DNA from: an archaeon
Lineage (GTDB): Archaea > Nanobdellota > Nanobdellia > Pacearchaeales > GW2011-AR1
Assembly: GCA_043810775.1 (NCBI GenBank)
Contig: JBDRNU010000007.1
Location: 1 to 64,000 of the forward strand
DNA: 64,000 nt
Direction: 5' to 3'
Part shown: positions 37,623-47,149 of the stretch, piece by piece
How the letters are laid out: each line of letters starts with the position of its first letter
Numbering within the stretch: position 1 is the stretch's first letter
Notes under the pieces: generated by a model
Seen by the model: only the letters and a program-made list of their open reading frames with translations
Databases searched by the model: none
What the model was told of the DNA's origin: nothing
Position numbers and translations under genes: made by a program

Positions 37623-39446
37623 ATGGTTGAAAATTATGAGTATTTTTATACTGGGACAAAGTATAGTTTAGAGCCTACTTATGGTAATGTTTTTACTGGA
37701 TATAGGTCTCCAGCTGCATATATAGGAGGCACTACTTCAGTTCAGACAGCTAATCAGCTTAAGGAAGTTTCAAATCTGCTAAATACAGGTATGAAAGTAA
37801 TTGAAGTTTCACAAATTCAGCCAGAAGTATTTGAGTCAATCCCCAAACAGCATTTAGAAGAAGTTAATCGTCTTTCAAAGCTTACAGGAGCTCAAGTTTC
37901 AGTTCACGCCCCAATAGTTGAGCCTTCTGGCTTCACTCAGCAAGGATGGAGTGAACAAAACAGGTTTCAGGCAGAAACACAGATGAAGGATACTGTGTTA
38001 AGGTCTCATGCAATGAATCCTGATGGAGTAATGCCAGTGACTTTTCACGCTTCAGCTATTCCAGGAACAGAAACAGTTCCAGTACATCTTATAAAAGACA
38101 TACAGCCTGATGAAATACAAATTGCAGAAAAGTTAGGAGGAGTCCCTACAACTCTTGTCGCAGTTAACCGGGAAACTGGTGAGTTCGTCCCTCTAAGAAG
38201 GGAAAAACAAGTTCATCCTGCTACAGGAGAGTCAGTATGGACAGCTGAAAAACGTCTTGAAGCGCTAAATCATACTCAATGGCTAAAGGATATAAGAAAT
38301 ATTGCTTTTTACAAAAAAGAGTCTGACGAGGTTCTTGGAAATGTTCAGGCCCAGCTTCACCCATTTTTAGAAAAAATCCAAAAAGGCAACTTAACAAAAG
38401 AAGAATATTATGAATTATACAGCAGATATCAACCTCAACTAAGCCAAATAAGAAGAGTTGATTTATTTTTAGATAATGTAGATAATTCATTTCGTGAATT
38501 ATACGAGAAAGCTGCAAAATACGGCAATGATGAAACAAAAGAAGTATGCAGAGATATTTCAAAAGAATGGCAAGAACATTTAGATGAGAGGAGAAAAGGT
38601 ATGGATCCTGCTCAGGCTGTTATAAGGAGATCCCATCTTTTAGATTACTCTATGGACAAGCTTCAGGCAGTGACAAATCAAACAGAAGAGCCTCAAGTAT
38701 TTATTCCAATTGAGCAGTTTGCAATTGAAAAAGCAGGAGATACCTTTTCAAATGTTGCTCTTGAAGCTTACAAAAAATACGGTGAAAAAGCTCCAATAAT
38801 CAGTATTGAAAATCCTCCTTACGGAACTGCTCTATCAACTGGTCACGAGCTTAAGAAACTAATTGAAGCAACTAGAGATAAATTTGTAGAAAAAGCAGTA
38901 AAGCAGGGTATGGGTAGGGGAGAAGCTCAAAATGCAGCCAAAAAACTTATCGGAGCTACCTGGGATACTTCCCATATAAGTATGATGAGGAAAATGGGCT
39001 ATGATGAAAAAGCCTTGATTGAAGAATCACGTCAAATTGCTCCTTTTGTCAAGCATGTTCATTTAAATGATAATTTTGGTCATACACATACTGACCTTCC
39101 TCCTGGAATGGGAAATGTTCCTATCAAGGAAATCTTGGAAGAGTTTGAGAGAAAAGGAGTAAAAGCTAATAAAATTGTGGAAGGTGGAAATTTCTTCCAG
39201 CACTTCCAGATGGGGCCTCATTCAATTGCTTTAGAAGCAATGGGCTCTCCCTTATATTCAATGGTAGCTCAGCCAGGTTGGAATCAGGTATCCCAGATTT
39301 ATGGAAATTATTTTACAGGATATGGTAGAGTCATGCCAGAACAGCATTTTAATTTATACGGTGGAGGTTGGACCACTCTTCCAGTAGAGCTTGGCGGTCA
39401 GGTGCAAGGAGCACAGTCACGCTTTTCAGGAACTCCAACAGAATAA
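37623..39446 (+). CDS. Xylose isomerase/AP-endonuclease-2-like TIM-barrel metalloprotein with large insertion
   Basis: SVHAP, TFHAS, SIENPP, TWDTSH, HVHLNDNFG...DLPPGMGNVP, IVEGG. Confidence 0.8.
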   Translation: MVENYEYFYTGTKYSLEPTYGNVFTGYRSPAAYIGGTTSVQTANQLKEVSNLLNTGMKVIEVSQIQPEVFESIPKQHLEEVNRLSKLTGAQVSVHAPIVEPSGFTQQGWSEQNRFQAETQMKDTVLRSHAMNPDGVMPVTFHASAIPGTETVPVHLIKDIQPDEIQIAEKLGGVPTTLVAVNRETGEFVPLRREKQVHPATGESVWTAEKRLEALNHTQWLKDIRNIAFYKKESDEVLGNVQAQLHPFLEKIQKGNLTKEEYYELYSRYQPQLSQIRRVDLFLDNVDNSFRELYEKAAKYGNDETKEVCRDISKEWQEHLDERRKGMDPAQAVIRRSHLLDYSMDKLQAVTNQTEEPQVFIPIEQFAIEKAGDTFSNVALEAYKKYGEKAPIISIENPPYGTALSTGHELKKLIEATRDKFVEKAVKQGMGRGEAQNAAKKLIGATWDTSHISMMRKMGYDEKALIEESRQIAPFVKHVHLNDNFGHTHTDLPPGMGNVPIKEILEEFERKGVKANKIVEGGNFFQHFQMGPHSIALEAMGSPLYSMVAQPGWNQVSQIYGNYFTGYGRVMPEQHFNLYGGGWTTLPVELGGQVQGAQSRFSGTPTE

Positions 39447-39494
39447 GAAGCTTTTTAAATATAGCTCAATTAATTAAAATATTATTAAAAAAAG

Positions 39495-40820
39495 ATGGTG
39501 GAAAAAGACGAATTTCCAGATTTTGAAAAACTTTCTCAAGGTAAGTCTGAAAAGAAAGCAAAGCCAGCTCCAGCTGTAAGCAGGAATTTAGATTCTCCTT
39601 TAGATTTGCCTGTTTTTGGAGGTGCGAAAAAATCAGCTCCAGAGTCTAAACCTCCTGCCCCGCCAAAACCAATTCCTCCTGTTCCTAAGCCAAAAAAAGT
39701 TAAAGTTAAAAAGGAAAAGCCTAAGAAAAAAGTAAAGAAAGTGCATAAAGTTAAGATAAAAAAAGCCAAAGTTAAAAAACCTAAAGCTAAGAAAGTAAAA
39801 AAAGAGCATAAGAAAGCTCAAGTTAAAAAAGAAATTCCAAAGCCAGCAAGTCCTCAAATTCAAGCTCCAAGTTTTCCAGAAGAAGCTCAGCAAGAAGTCC
39901 AAAAAGCAACTCCAAAAATTGAAGATAATAAGGTGAAAATTAGTCAAGTTCCAAAACCAGTTGCTCCAATCCTCCCAGTAGAGTTCGGAGCAATAAAAAA
40001 ATCAGTTCAAAAAATAAAACAAGTTCCTTCTAAATATCCTTCACTTAAGCTGGTAGATGAAAGAGAAATTGCTATGGATTTTGCAGCAAAGGTTTACGAA
40101 AGATATGACAAGCTGATTAAATCAGTTGTATTATTTGGAAGCCAGAATAAAGATACAGCTACAACCACTTCAGATATTGATATTATAATAATAGTTGATG
40201 ATGCTTCAATAAAATGGGACGACGAGCTTGTAGCCTGGTATCGTGAAGAGCTTGGGAAAATAATTCAGACAAATCCATACAGAAAAAGTCTTCATATAAA
40301 TTCTGTTAGGCTGACTACCTGGTGGCAGGATATGATAATGGGGGATCCAATAGTCATAAATGTATTAAGATATGGTGAATCTCTAATTGATTTTGGAGGA
40401 TTTTTTAATCCTCTTAAAGTCTTATTGCAATCTGGAAGAATAAAATCAACTCCTGAAGCAATTTATTCTGCTCTTCAGCGAGCTCCATTGCATTTATCAA
40501 GAAGCCGCGTTTCAAAGCTTTCATCAATTGAAGGAATCTACTGGGCAATGGTAGATTCAGCTCATGCATTGCTCATGGCAGCAAAACAAGTTCCTCCAAG
40601 CCCAGAGCACGTGCCTATTATGTTAAAAGAAATTTTCGTAGATACTAAGCAGCTTAAGATTAAGTATGTAGTCTGGTATAGGGACATCTACCTCCTTCAT
40701 AGGAAAATAGTTCACGGAATTCTTACTGAAATAAAAGGCGAAGAAATTGATGAGTGGCAGGCCAAAGCTGATGAGTTCATGAGAGTAATGACTGCTTTAG
40801 TAAAAAGATTAGTAGAATAA
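39495..40820 (+). CDS. Pol-beta-fold nucleotidyltransferase + HEPN-like helical domain, with Lys/Pro-rich N-terminus
   Basis: VLFGSQNKDTATTTSDIDIIIIVDD; C-terminal YWAMVDSAHALL...HRKIVHG. Confidence 0.82.
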   Translation: MVEKDEFPDFEKLSQGKSEKKAKPAPAVSRNLDSPLDLPVFGGAKKSAPESKPPAPPKPIPPVPKPKKVKVKKEKPKKKVKKVHKVKIKKAKVKKPKAKKVKKEHKKAQVKKEIPKPASPQIQAPSFPEEAQQEVQKATPKIEDNKVKISQVPKPVAPILPVEFGAIKKSVQKIKQVPSKYPSLKLVDEREIAMDFAAKVYERYDKLIKSVVLFGSQNKDTATTTSDIDIIIIVDDASIKWDDELVAWYREELGKIIQTNPYRKSLHINSVRLTTWWQDMIMGDPIVINVLRYGESLIDFGGFFNPLKVLLQSGRIKSTPEAIYSALQRAPLHLSRSRVSKLSSIEGIYWAMVDSAHALLMAAKQVPPSPEHVPIMLKEIFVDTKQLKIKYVVWYRDIYLLHRKIVHGILTEIKGEEIDEWQAKADEFMRVMTALVKRLVE

Positions 40821-40826
40821 ATGAAT

Positions 40827-41744
40827 TTATTTTACTCTCTGATAAGCAATCTCGCCTACTCCCATGTAGTAAGGTGTTATCTCTTTATTGAATATTTCTT
40901 CTCTCTTGCTTTTCTTTTTCTCATTGTAGAACTTTTCATTAGCTTTAACTAAGTTCTTATTCAATACTTTTTCAAGTAATTTTTCATCAAGCACTAGCTT
41001 TTTCCTGTTTCCATCAATTACTTCTTTTGTAATTGCTTTTGTAAGGTCAGCTAAAGCCTCTTCAATGTAAGATTCAAAAGCAGCTTCATTATACCCTCTG
41101 CTCATTACATTAAATGATTCATATGAATCTCTTAGCCAGTCAGGAGTATCAGGGTCTTTCATTTTTTCTTCAATATAATTTGCATGTTGTCCTGAAGCTT
41201 TAAGCCCAGCCATCTCCTTAATTTTTTGAATAGCCTTAGTAACATTATCTACTTTTTCATCTCCAGTTTCATAAAGCTGCAAAGTCATTAATAGACCAGC
41301 TGCTCCACCATAAAGATTTCTTAATTCATCTTCACCTAAACTTCTAGAAGATAAAATTGTTCTAATTGCATCAGGATTAATTAAATCTTGAGCTTTTAGT
41401 TTGCTTACAAGATCATTCCAGTTTTTTGAAACATAACCTTCATTTATATCAAGATTACTTCTCCTATTCACAAGCTCACCATTAAGTAATTTATCAAAGC
41501 TTTTTAAAGCTGCCTTTATATCAGCATCTCTATTTTCAGGTTTTATTTCATCTCTAGCATAAAAACCAGGATCTTCAGGTCTAAGTTCAAGACCTATATT
41601 CATTATTGCTTCAGAATTATTAGGATTTTGAGTAAGTAAAGAATCAAGTGTCTTAAGTTTGCCTCGTTTTTGCAGTCCTCTGGCAAACTTCTGTTTATCA
41701 TAATCATCATTCGGATTAATGTCAGTTATTGGATTGTATGGCAT
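40827..41744 (-). CDS. Hypothetical protein
   Basis: 305-aa ORF; no motif recognised. Confidence 0.7.
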   Translation of the reverse strand: MPYNPITDINPNDDYDKQKFARGLQKRGKLKTLDSLLTQNPNNSEAIMNIGLELRPEDPGFYARDEIKPENRDADIKAALKSFDKLLNGELVNRRSNLDINEGYVSKNWNDLVSKLKAQDLINPDAIRTILSSRSLGEDELRNLYGGAAGLLMTLQLYETGDEKVDNVTKAIQKIKEMAGLKASGQHANYIEEKMKDPDTPDWLRDSYESFNVMSRGYNEAAFESYIEEALADLTKAITKEVIDGNRKKLVLDEKLLEKVLNKNLVKANEKFYNEKKKSKREEIFNKEITPYYMGVGEIAYQRVK

Positions 41745-41839
41745 TTTACCTTTATTTTTCCTTCAATTTTCTTAAAATACATAGTATTTTAACCTTTATA
41801 AATCTTTCTATTTTGTTACTACTAGGTAGTTAATATATA

Positions 41840-42649
41840 TCACTCTTCAACCTCAATTTCTTCTGCATCATAAACTTCATTATTTTCATCAACTTTAGCT
41901 CTGATTTTACTTTCCTTCCCAGACAATATTATTTCAATCATTCTAGCCGATAATCCAGTCTCTCTGTAATCAATGCAAGCATCTTTTGCAGGATAATATA
42001 GTCTCCCTTTAAACTGTATTTTATCATTATCCAGCCATTCTGGTTCATAAAAGCTGCTTTGTATACCTAAATTCCATCTCTGATTATTATAATTCTCACC
42101 AGAATGAAGGTCTATTCCTTCAATATGGTTAATTTCAACAAGATTAGTTCCATCAAGATTTACAATAAAAACTGATTTAATATCTTCAGGAAATAAAATT
42201 TTATTCTTACCTCTTACATCAAATACAAGCCTTCTTGAATCAGGAGATAAAGAAGCATTTCCAATAAGATTCCATAATAATGATAATCTGGTATAATCAA
42301 ATTTTTGAGCTGTGCACACCACCTTTTCTTGCTCTTCTTTTTTAGCAAGCAAAATTTCAAGCCTATATCCTGGATATTTAAACATCTTTAATTCCTTGCT
42401 TATTTTTACAGGCTCTTCAATTATTACATATTTTTCTTCTTCATAAGGTAATCCCTTGCTAGTATGTTCATATAATAACCTGCCAGTATCAAAACTAATT
42501 TGGCTTGCCACAATAGTAGCCCCTTCAGATTTAGTAGCTTTAGAATAAATCCTTTGCTTATCTCCACCACCATCCCCCCCTCCGCTATCACCCGCCTCCC
42601 CCATTTCAGCAAGCTTTCTTAATTCTTCTTCTAAATTTTCCTCAGCCAT
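41840..42649 (-). CDS. Hypothetical protein with TolB/PD40-like beta-propeller blades
   Basis: ASLSPDSRRLVF, VFIVNLDGTNL, EPEWLDNDKIQF; GGAGG RBS. Confidence 0.6.
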   Translation of the reverse strand: MAEENLEEELRKLAEMGEAGDSGGGDGGGDKQRIYSKATKSEGATIVASQISFDTGRLLYEHTSKGLPYEEEKYVIIEEPVKISKELKMFKYPGYRLEILLAKKEEQEKVVCTAQKFDYTRLSLLWNLIGNASLSPDSRRLVFDVRGKNKILFPEDIKSVFIVNLDGTNLVEINHIEGIDLHSGENYNNQRWNLGIQSSFYEPEWLDNDKIQFKGRLYYPAKDACIDYRETGLSARMIEIILSGKESKIRAKVDENNEVYDAEEIEVEE

Positions 42650-42669
42650 TTTCCTCCACCACCTCTTAA

Positions 42670-45249
42670 CTAGAATATATCAAGAGACTCATCTTCCCCC
42701 TCATCCTCCTCCGCCTCCTTAGCTTCAGCTTTTTCCTCAGGCTCTTCTTTGTCTTCCTTGTTTTCTTCTTGCTTTTCCTCAGAATCTACCTGGCTTGCAA
42801 AAGGGTCAAATCCATACTCAACACTCTCACTCCACTCTTCCTTTTTTTCCTCTTTCTTGCTCTCTTCTTCCTCTTCCTCAGCTTTTTCCTCCGCTTCAGC
42901 TTCTACTTGTTTCTCTTCAACTTCAGCTTCTCCTATTGGTTTATCTTCTTTCATAGTACTATCCTCTTGCTTTTCCTCAATCTCAGAACCTTTTAAACCT
43001 TTCTCCTCCAGCTCCTTAACAAATTCAGAAATCTCCCAGGCAACATCAGCATTTACACTTATGCTGTCAATTCCGTGCTTAACTAGAAATTCAACCATAT
43101 CTTTATTGCTTCCTGCCTGTCCGCAAATGCTGGTTTCAATATCATATTTTTTGCATACTCTAATTACATGAGCTAGCTGGGAAAGTACAGCCGGGTTAGT
43201 CTCATCATAAATATACTGCACTTCCTCATTATTCCTGTCAATAGCAAGAGTAAACTGTGTCAAATCATTAGTTCCAAATGAAATAAACTCAATTCCTTCC
43301 TTGCATAGCTCTTCAATTATCTGCACAGAAGCAGGAGTTTCTACCATTACACCTACCTTTGCATCTAGAAACTCTATTTCCTGAAGAGTTTCCTTAACCT
43401 GCTTAACTTCATGAACAGAAATAACTTGGGGCAATAACAATCCTATTTTCGTATTTTCAATTCTTTTTAGCGCTCTTAACTCAGCTTTTAGTATTTCTTT
43501 AAATTTTAAGCCAGCCCTTATGCCATGCATTCCTAGCATTGGATTTGATTCAATCTCCTTAGGTGCACCTTCTAAATTACTATACTCATCAGACCTGATA
43601 TCTGAAGTCCTGACCCAAATCTCATCAAAATACTCTGCAATCTGTTTAATGCCTTCATATATGATTTTTTCATACTCCCCCATATTCCCTTTCTTTAAAA
43701 AATAAAAAGGGTGTTTCTGGCTGGAGGCAATTATCCCTTCCAGCCTTGTAAGCCCAGTATGCTTTAGCCCGGTTAGGCTTGCTCTTTTTGCAAATCCAGG
43801 CAAATCAACAATAACTTTTAATTTTGTTTTTGTAGGTACAGCTTCCTTAATCTCAGCTTTTTTGCTTTCAGCCAGACCCTCATATACCTTTCCGGTTGAG
43901 CCATTAACTGTAACTTCCATATCATCTTTTAGTATTTTAGTAGCTTCCCTGGTTCCAACAACACACGGAATTCCCATCTCTCTAGATACAATTGAGGCAT
44001 GGCAGGTCATCCCGCCCTCGTCAGTTACAATGGCGATGGATTTCTGCATAGTCACTACCATATCTGGATTAGTCATTTCAGTAACAAGAACATCACCTTT
44101 CTTTACTTTCTTCATATCCTTTAAGTCTAATACAAGCCTTACTTTTCCAGAACCAATTCCAGGACTGGCAGGAATTCCAGCTAAAATTTCCTTGCCCTCA
44201 GTCTCTTCAATTGCTATTGTTTCAGTAGTAATTGGTCTTGTCTGTACAATATAAATCTCATTAGCTTCTAAGGCAAATTCAACATCCTGGGGCTTGCCAT
44301 AATGCTCTTCTAGTTTAACCCCATAATCTGCAAGCTTTTTTATTTCATAATCTTTCAATACCTGGCTTTTGCTTCTGTCTTCATTTAGCTTAACTAGCTC
44401 ATTTGCTCCAGCTGAATTTCTGACTATTGCAATTTTTTTATTAGATATATCCTTGCTTAGTATTTCTAAATCCCTTGAAACCTTATAGTGGTCTGGTTTT
44501 ATCTTGCCAGAAACTATTCCCTCTCCCAAGCCATAAACAGCCTCAATAATCAAATTGTCAGTCTGCTCCACAGGATCCTGGGAAAACATTACTCCAGACT
44601 TTTCAGAGTCAATCATTTTTTGAACCACTACTGCCACAAATACATCTTCATGCTTGAATCCTTTTTTCAATCTATAATAAATGCTCCTCGCAGTAAATAA
44701 AGAAGAAAAGCATTTTTTAACATGCTCAATTAAGCTGCTTTTTCCCTTGACATTCAAGAAACTATCTTGCTGTCCTGCAAAGCTTGCAGCGTCGCTGTCC
44801 TCAGCAGTAGCTGAGCTTCTAACTGCAACAAAAACCGGCTCTTTGCCTTTTTTTAATATAGCTAGTGCATCTCCAGAAGCCTGCTGTAGAGCCTCCCTGT
44901 TTATATCTAGATGCTCATATGCTTCTAAAATTTCTTCCTGCATATCTTTAGGCATTTCAGGAGTTTCAATTATTTCCCTTATTTTTTTGCTTGCTTCATC
45001 AAGTTCATCAGTATCTTCCTCGTCAAGCTTTTCTAAAATTGAGTATATTTCCTTGTCAATCCCAGTTTTTTCCAAAAAGCTCTTGTAAGTTTCAGAAGTA
45101 ATTACAAAAGCCGGAGGAACAGGAAACTTGTTATTATACATTTCAGCTAAATTAGCTCCTTTACCGCCGACTTTAGCAACATCATCCTTGCTTAGTTCAG
45201 AAAGCCATTTAACATAAATTTCCTCCTGTTTAACCTCTTTTTTCTGCAT
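42670..45249 (-). CDS. ppsA: Phosphoenolpyruvate synthase with acidic C-terminal tail
   Basis: VGGKGANLAEM, VAVRSSATAED, GGMTCHASIVSRE, FGTNDLTQF, SICGQ. Confidence 0.95.
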   Translation of the reverse strand: MQKKEVKQEEIYVKWLSELSKDDVAKVGGKGANLAEMYNNKFPVPPAFVITSETYKSFLEKTGIDKEIYSILEKLDEEDTDELDEASKKIREIIETPEMPKDMQEEILEAYEHLDINREALQQASGDALAILKKGKEPVFVAVRSSATAEDSDAASFAGQQDSFLNVKGKSSLIEHVKKCFSSLFTARSIYYRLKKGFKHEDVFVAVVVQKMIDSEKSGVMFSQDPVEQTDNLIIEAVYGLGEGIVSGKIKPDHYKVSRDLEILSKDISNKKIAIVRNSAGANELVKLNEDRSKSQVLKDYEIKKLADYGVKLEEHYGKPQDVEFALEANEIYIVQTRPITTETIAIEETEGKEILAGIPASPGIGSGKVRLVLDLKDMKKVKKGDVLVTEMTNPDMVVTMQKSIAIVTDEGGMTCHASIVSREMGIPCVVGTREATKILKDDMEVTVNGSTGKVYEGLAESKKAEIKEAVPTKTKLKVIVDLPGFAKRASLTGLKHTGLTRLEGIIASSQKHPFYFLKKGNMGEYEKIIYEGIKQIAEYFDEIWVRTSDIRSDEYSNLEGAPKEIESNPMLGMHGIRAGLKFKEILKAELRALKRIENTKIGLLLPQVISVHEVKQVKETLQEIEFLDAKVGVMVETPASVQIIEELCKEGIEFISFGTNDLTQFTLAIDRNNEEVQYIYDETNPAVLSQLAHVIRVCKKYDIETSICGQAGSNKDMVEFLVKHGIDSISVNADVAWEISEFVKELEEKGLKGSEIEEKQEDSTMKEDKPIGEAEVEEKQVEAEAEEKAEEEEEESKKEEKKEEWSESVEYGFDPFASQVDSEEKQEENKEDKEEPEEKAEAKEAEEDEGEDESLDIF

Positions 45250-45288
45250 AGAATTTAGTATAATATTTAGTTAATAAACTTTTCTTCA

Positions 45289-45984
45289 CTAGTTTTCGCT
45301 AATTTCTTCATTTGCACCTAGCTTTTTCATTACTTCATTATAATATCCATCTAAGAGAATCAAATATTCACCTAAAATAGATTCAGCGCAAGGTGCTTTA
45401 ATCTGATTATACATCTGGGTTGAAATATCAATATGGTTATTTCTTAAGACCTCTTCTCTTGTCTCTTCTAAAGGTGGTCTTAAAATAACCAAGCCATTTT
45501 TAATAAAAAACCAAAAGTCATTGACCTGGGTGTATATTGACTTTATTGCTCTCTGAAGTCCGTTTAATTTTGTTTTTTCAATTAAATCCTTTTCTCCATC
45601 ATCAAATTTTCCTCTTAAATATTTAAGTCTTGAATTGGTTATTTCCAGGACTTTTTTCGGAATCATTTGCTCTAAAAAAATCTCACCTATATTCTCTGCT
45701 CCTGCATTGCAGCAGTCAGACTCGCTAATATCAAGCGCAAGTTTCTTATAATACTCTCTTAAAGGAATATAATTTGGATTTTTTGAAAGCATCTCATTTC
45801 TTAATTCAACAGCATTTTCAGGAAAAGGCTTATCAGGATGGCCATCATCTAAAATTGAGTCTAAAAATTTTCCTTCATTGATATTAATTAAGTTGCATAA
45901 TTCAGACGCTTCATGTTCAGAAAGTTCTAAACTAAAATCAATCTCATAGATTAATTTTTCTTTCTGAAGTAATTGCCTTAACAT
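45289..45984 (-). CDS. Hypothetical protein
   Basis: 231-aa ORF; no motif recognised. Confidence 0.65.
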   Translation of the reverse strand: MLRQLLQKEKLIYEIDFSLELSEHEASELCNLININEGKFLDSILDDGHPDKPFPENAVELRNEMLSKNPNYIPLREYYKKLALDISESDCCNAGAENIGEIFLEQMIPKKVLEITNSRLKYLRGKFDDGEKDLIEKTKLNGLQRAIKSIYTQVNDFWFFIKNGLVILRPPLEETREEVLRNNHIDISTQMYNQIKAPCAESILGEYLILLDGYYNEVMKKLGANEEISEN

Positions 45985-46014
45985 TTTTATTTACCTAGAA
46001 AATAGTTTATAAAT

Positions 46015-46548
46015 TTATCTTTTCTCAACAATAACTCTTGTCTTGCAGGGAAGCTTTGACTTTATTTTGTTCAACGCATCTCTTGCAATTTTAACTGCCT
46101 TGTCCCCATTAACTGCAACCAGCATAACATCCTGCCCTGATGCAACCAATGCAGCTCTACCCATGGCTTTACCATAACTCTGCTGCATGCCTTGTGACAT
46201 TCTGTCTGCTCCAGCTCCAGTTAGGGCTTTATTTTCTCTTAAAATATGATGTGGAAATACTCTTATTGCAAAGTAATGCTCTTTAGGTAAATTTTTATCA
46301 AGAATTTTATTAATAAACTGTCTTGAGGCTTCAAGTGCATTATCCCTAACTTGAATTCTTTCCAAGCTTACTAGTTTTAAAATAGATGAATATTTTCCTC
46401 TTTCATAACCTTGTATATCTCCCATCTGCATCTTTACAATCTTATGTGGTGGAATAGCTTTAATATAAGATTTAGCCTTAACACTGGACTTTCTAGTATA
46501 AGGGCGGGCTTTTTTCTTACTGTAAGCAGCAGCTTTTCTTAGTGCCAT
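46015..46548 (-). CDS. rpl10e: 50S ribosomal protein L10e (uL16)
   Basis: QVRDNALEASR, RVFPHHILRENK, GAGADRMSQGM. Confidence 0.96.
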   Translation of the reverse strand: MALRKAAAYSKKKARPYTRKSSVKAKSYIKAIPPHKIVKMQMGDIQGYERGKYSSILKLVSLERIQVRDNALEASRQFINKILDKNLPKEHYFAIRVFPHHILRENKALTGAGADRMSQGMQQSYGKAMGRAALVASGQDVMLVAVNGDKAVKIARDALNKIKSKLPCKTRVIVEKR

Positions 46549-46747
46549 TTTTAAATTTCACCTTCAGTTTTTTTATAATTTTGTTTTTGAGGGCAGTAAT
46601 CTCCACCCTGCCTGCACCTTAAAAAATAATCTCTAGCTAGTTCATCCTCTTGGTCATTTCTACTAACTGGCAGATTAGTTCTGACTCGCATTCTGCTGCA
46701 TTTCCCTATATATTTACAAGTGTCTCCCATTTTAAATTTCACCTTCA
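46545..46747. repeat. ~21-bp direct repeat flanking a small gene; duplicates the rpl10e RBS and start region
   Basis: ccatttt(t)aaatttcaccttca at 46545-46566 and 46727-46747. Confidence 0.75.
46551..46730 (-). CDS. Small four-Cys protein (59 aa from ATG 46730)
   Basis: GGTGA RBS upstream; CKYIGKC...CRQGGDYC. Confidence 0.6.
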   Translation of the reverse strand: MGDTCKYIGKCSRMRVRTNLPVSRNDQEDELARDYFLRCRQGGDYCPQKQNYKKTEGEI

Positions 46748-46750
46748 ATT

Positions 46751-46840
46751 TTAATCATAATATTCCTCTTCATCTATATCTTCTTCTTCAAAAGTCTTTT
46801 CAGATTCACTATTCTTACTAATTATGTTTTCTGGCCTCAT
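46751..46840 (-). CDS. Putative 29-aa acidic peptide
   Basis: MRPENIISKNSESEKTFEEEDIDEEEYYD; ATGA overlap with the rpl35ae stop. Confidence 0.4.
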   Translation of the reverse strand: MRPENIISKNSESEKTFEEEDIDEEEYYD

Positions 46841-47109
46841 TTTGCTTCCACCTCTGTGGTTAATGATTGTCCTGGTAGCCCTTTTTCAAATATTGCTCTG
46901 ACCAATCCTTTATTTCCGTGGGCGCTGGCAACCTTTCCTTTGATAATTTTTCCAGCTGGAGATTTCCAGCTAACTTCCTTGCCAACTAGCTTGCTGGCTT
47001 CTTCTCTATTTTTTGCACCTAAATCTAGCAAAAAATGCTTTTCGTGAATTGTGCGTTTTCCTCTTCTAAACTGCACTACTATTCCTTTAGTTGTCATTTT
47101 CCTTAACAT
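46837..47109 (-). CDS. rpl35ae: 50S ribosomal protein L35Ae (eL33)
   Basis: FRRGKRT, GKIIKGKVASAHGNKGLVRAIFEKGLPGQ. Confidence 0.93.
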   Translation of the reverse strand: MLRKMTTKGIVVQFRRGKRTIHEKHFLLDLGAKNREEASKLVGKEVSWKSPAGKIIKGKVASAHGNKGLVRAIFEKGLPGQSLTTEVEAK

Positions 47110-47149
47110 TTACTGATAAAATTAGTTTTTAAAGCTTGCTATTTACATA

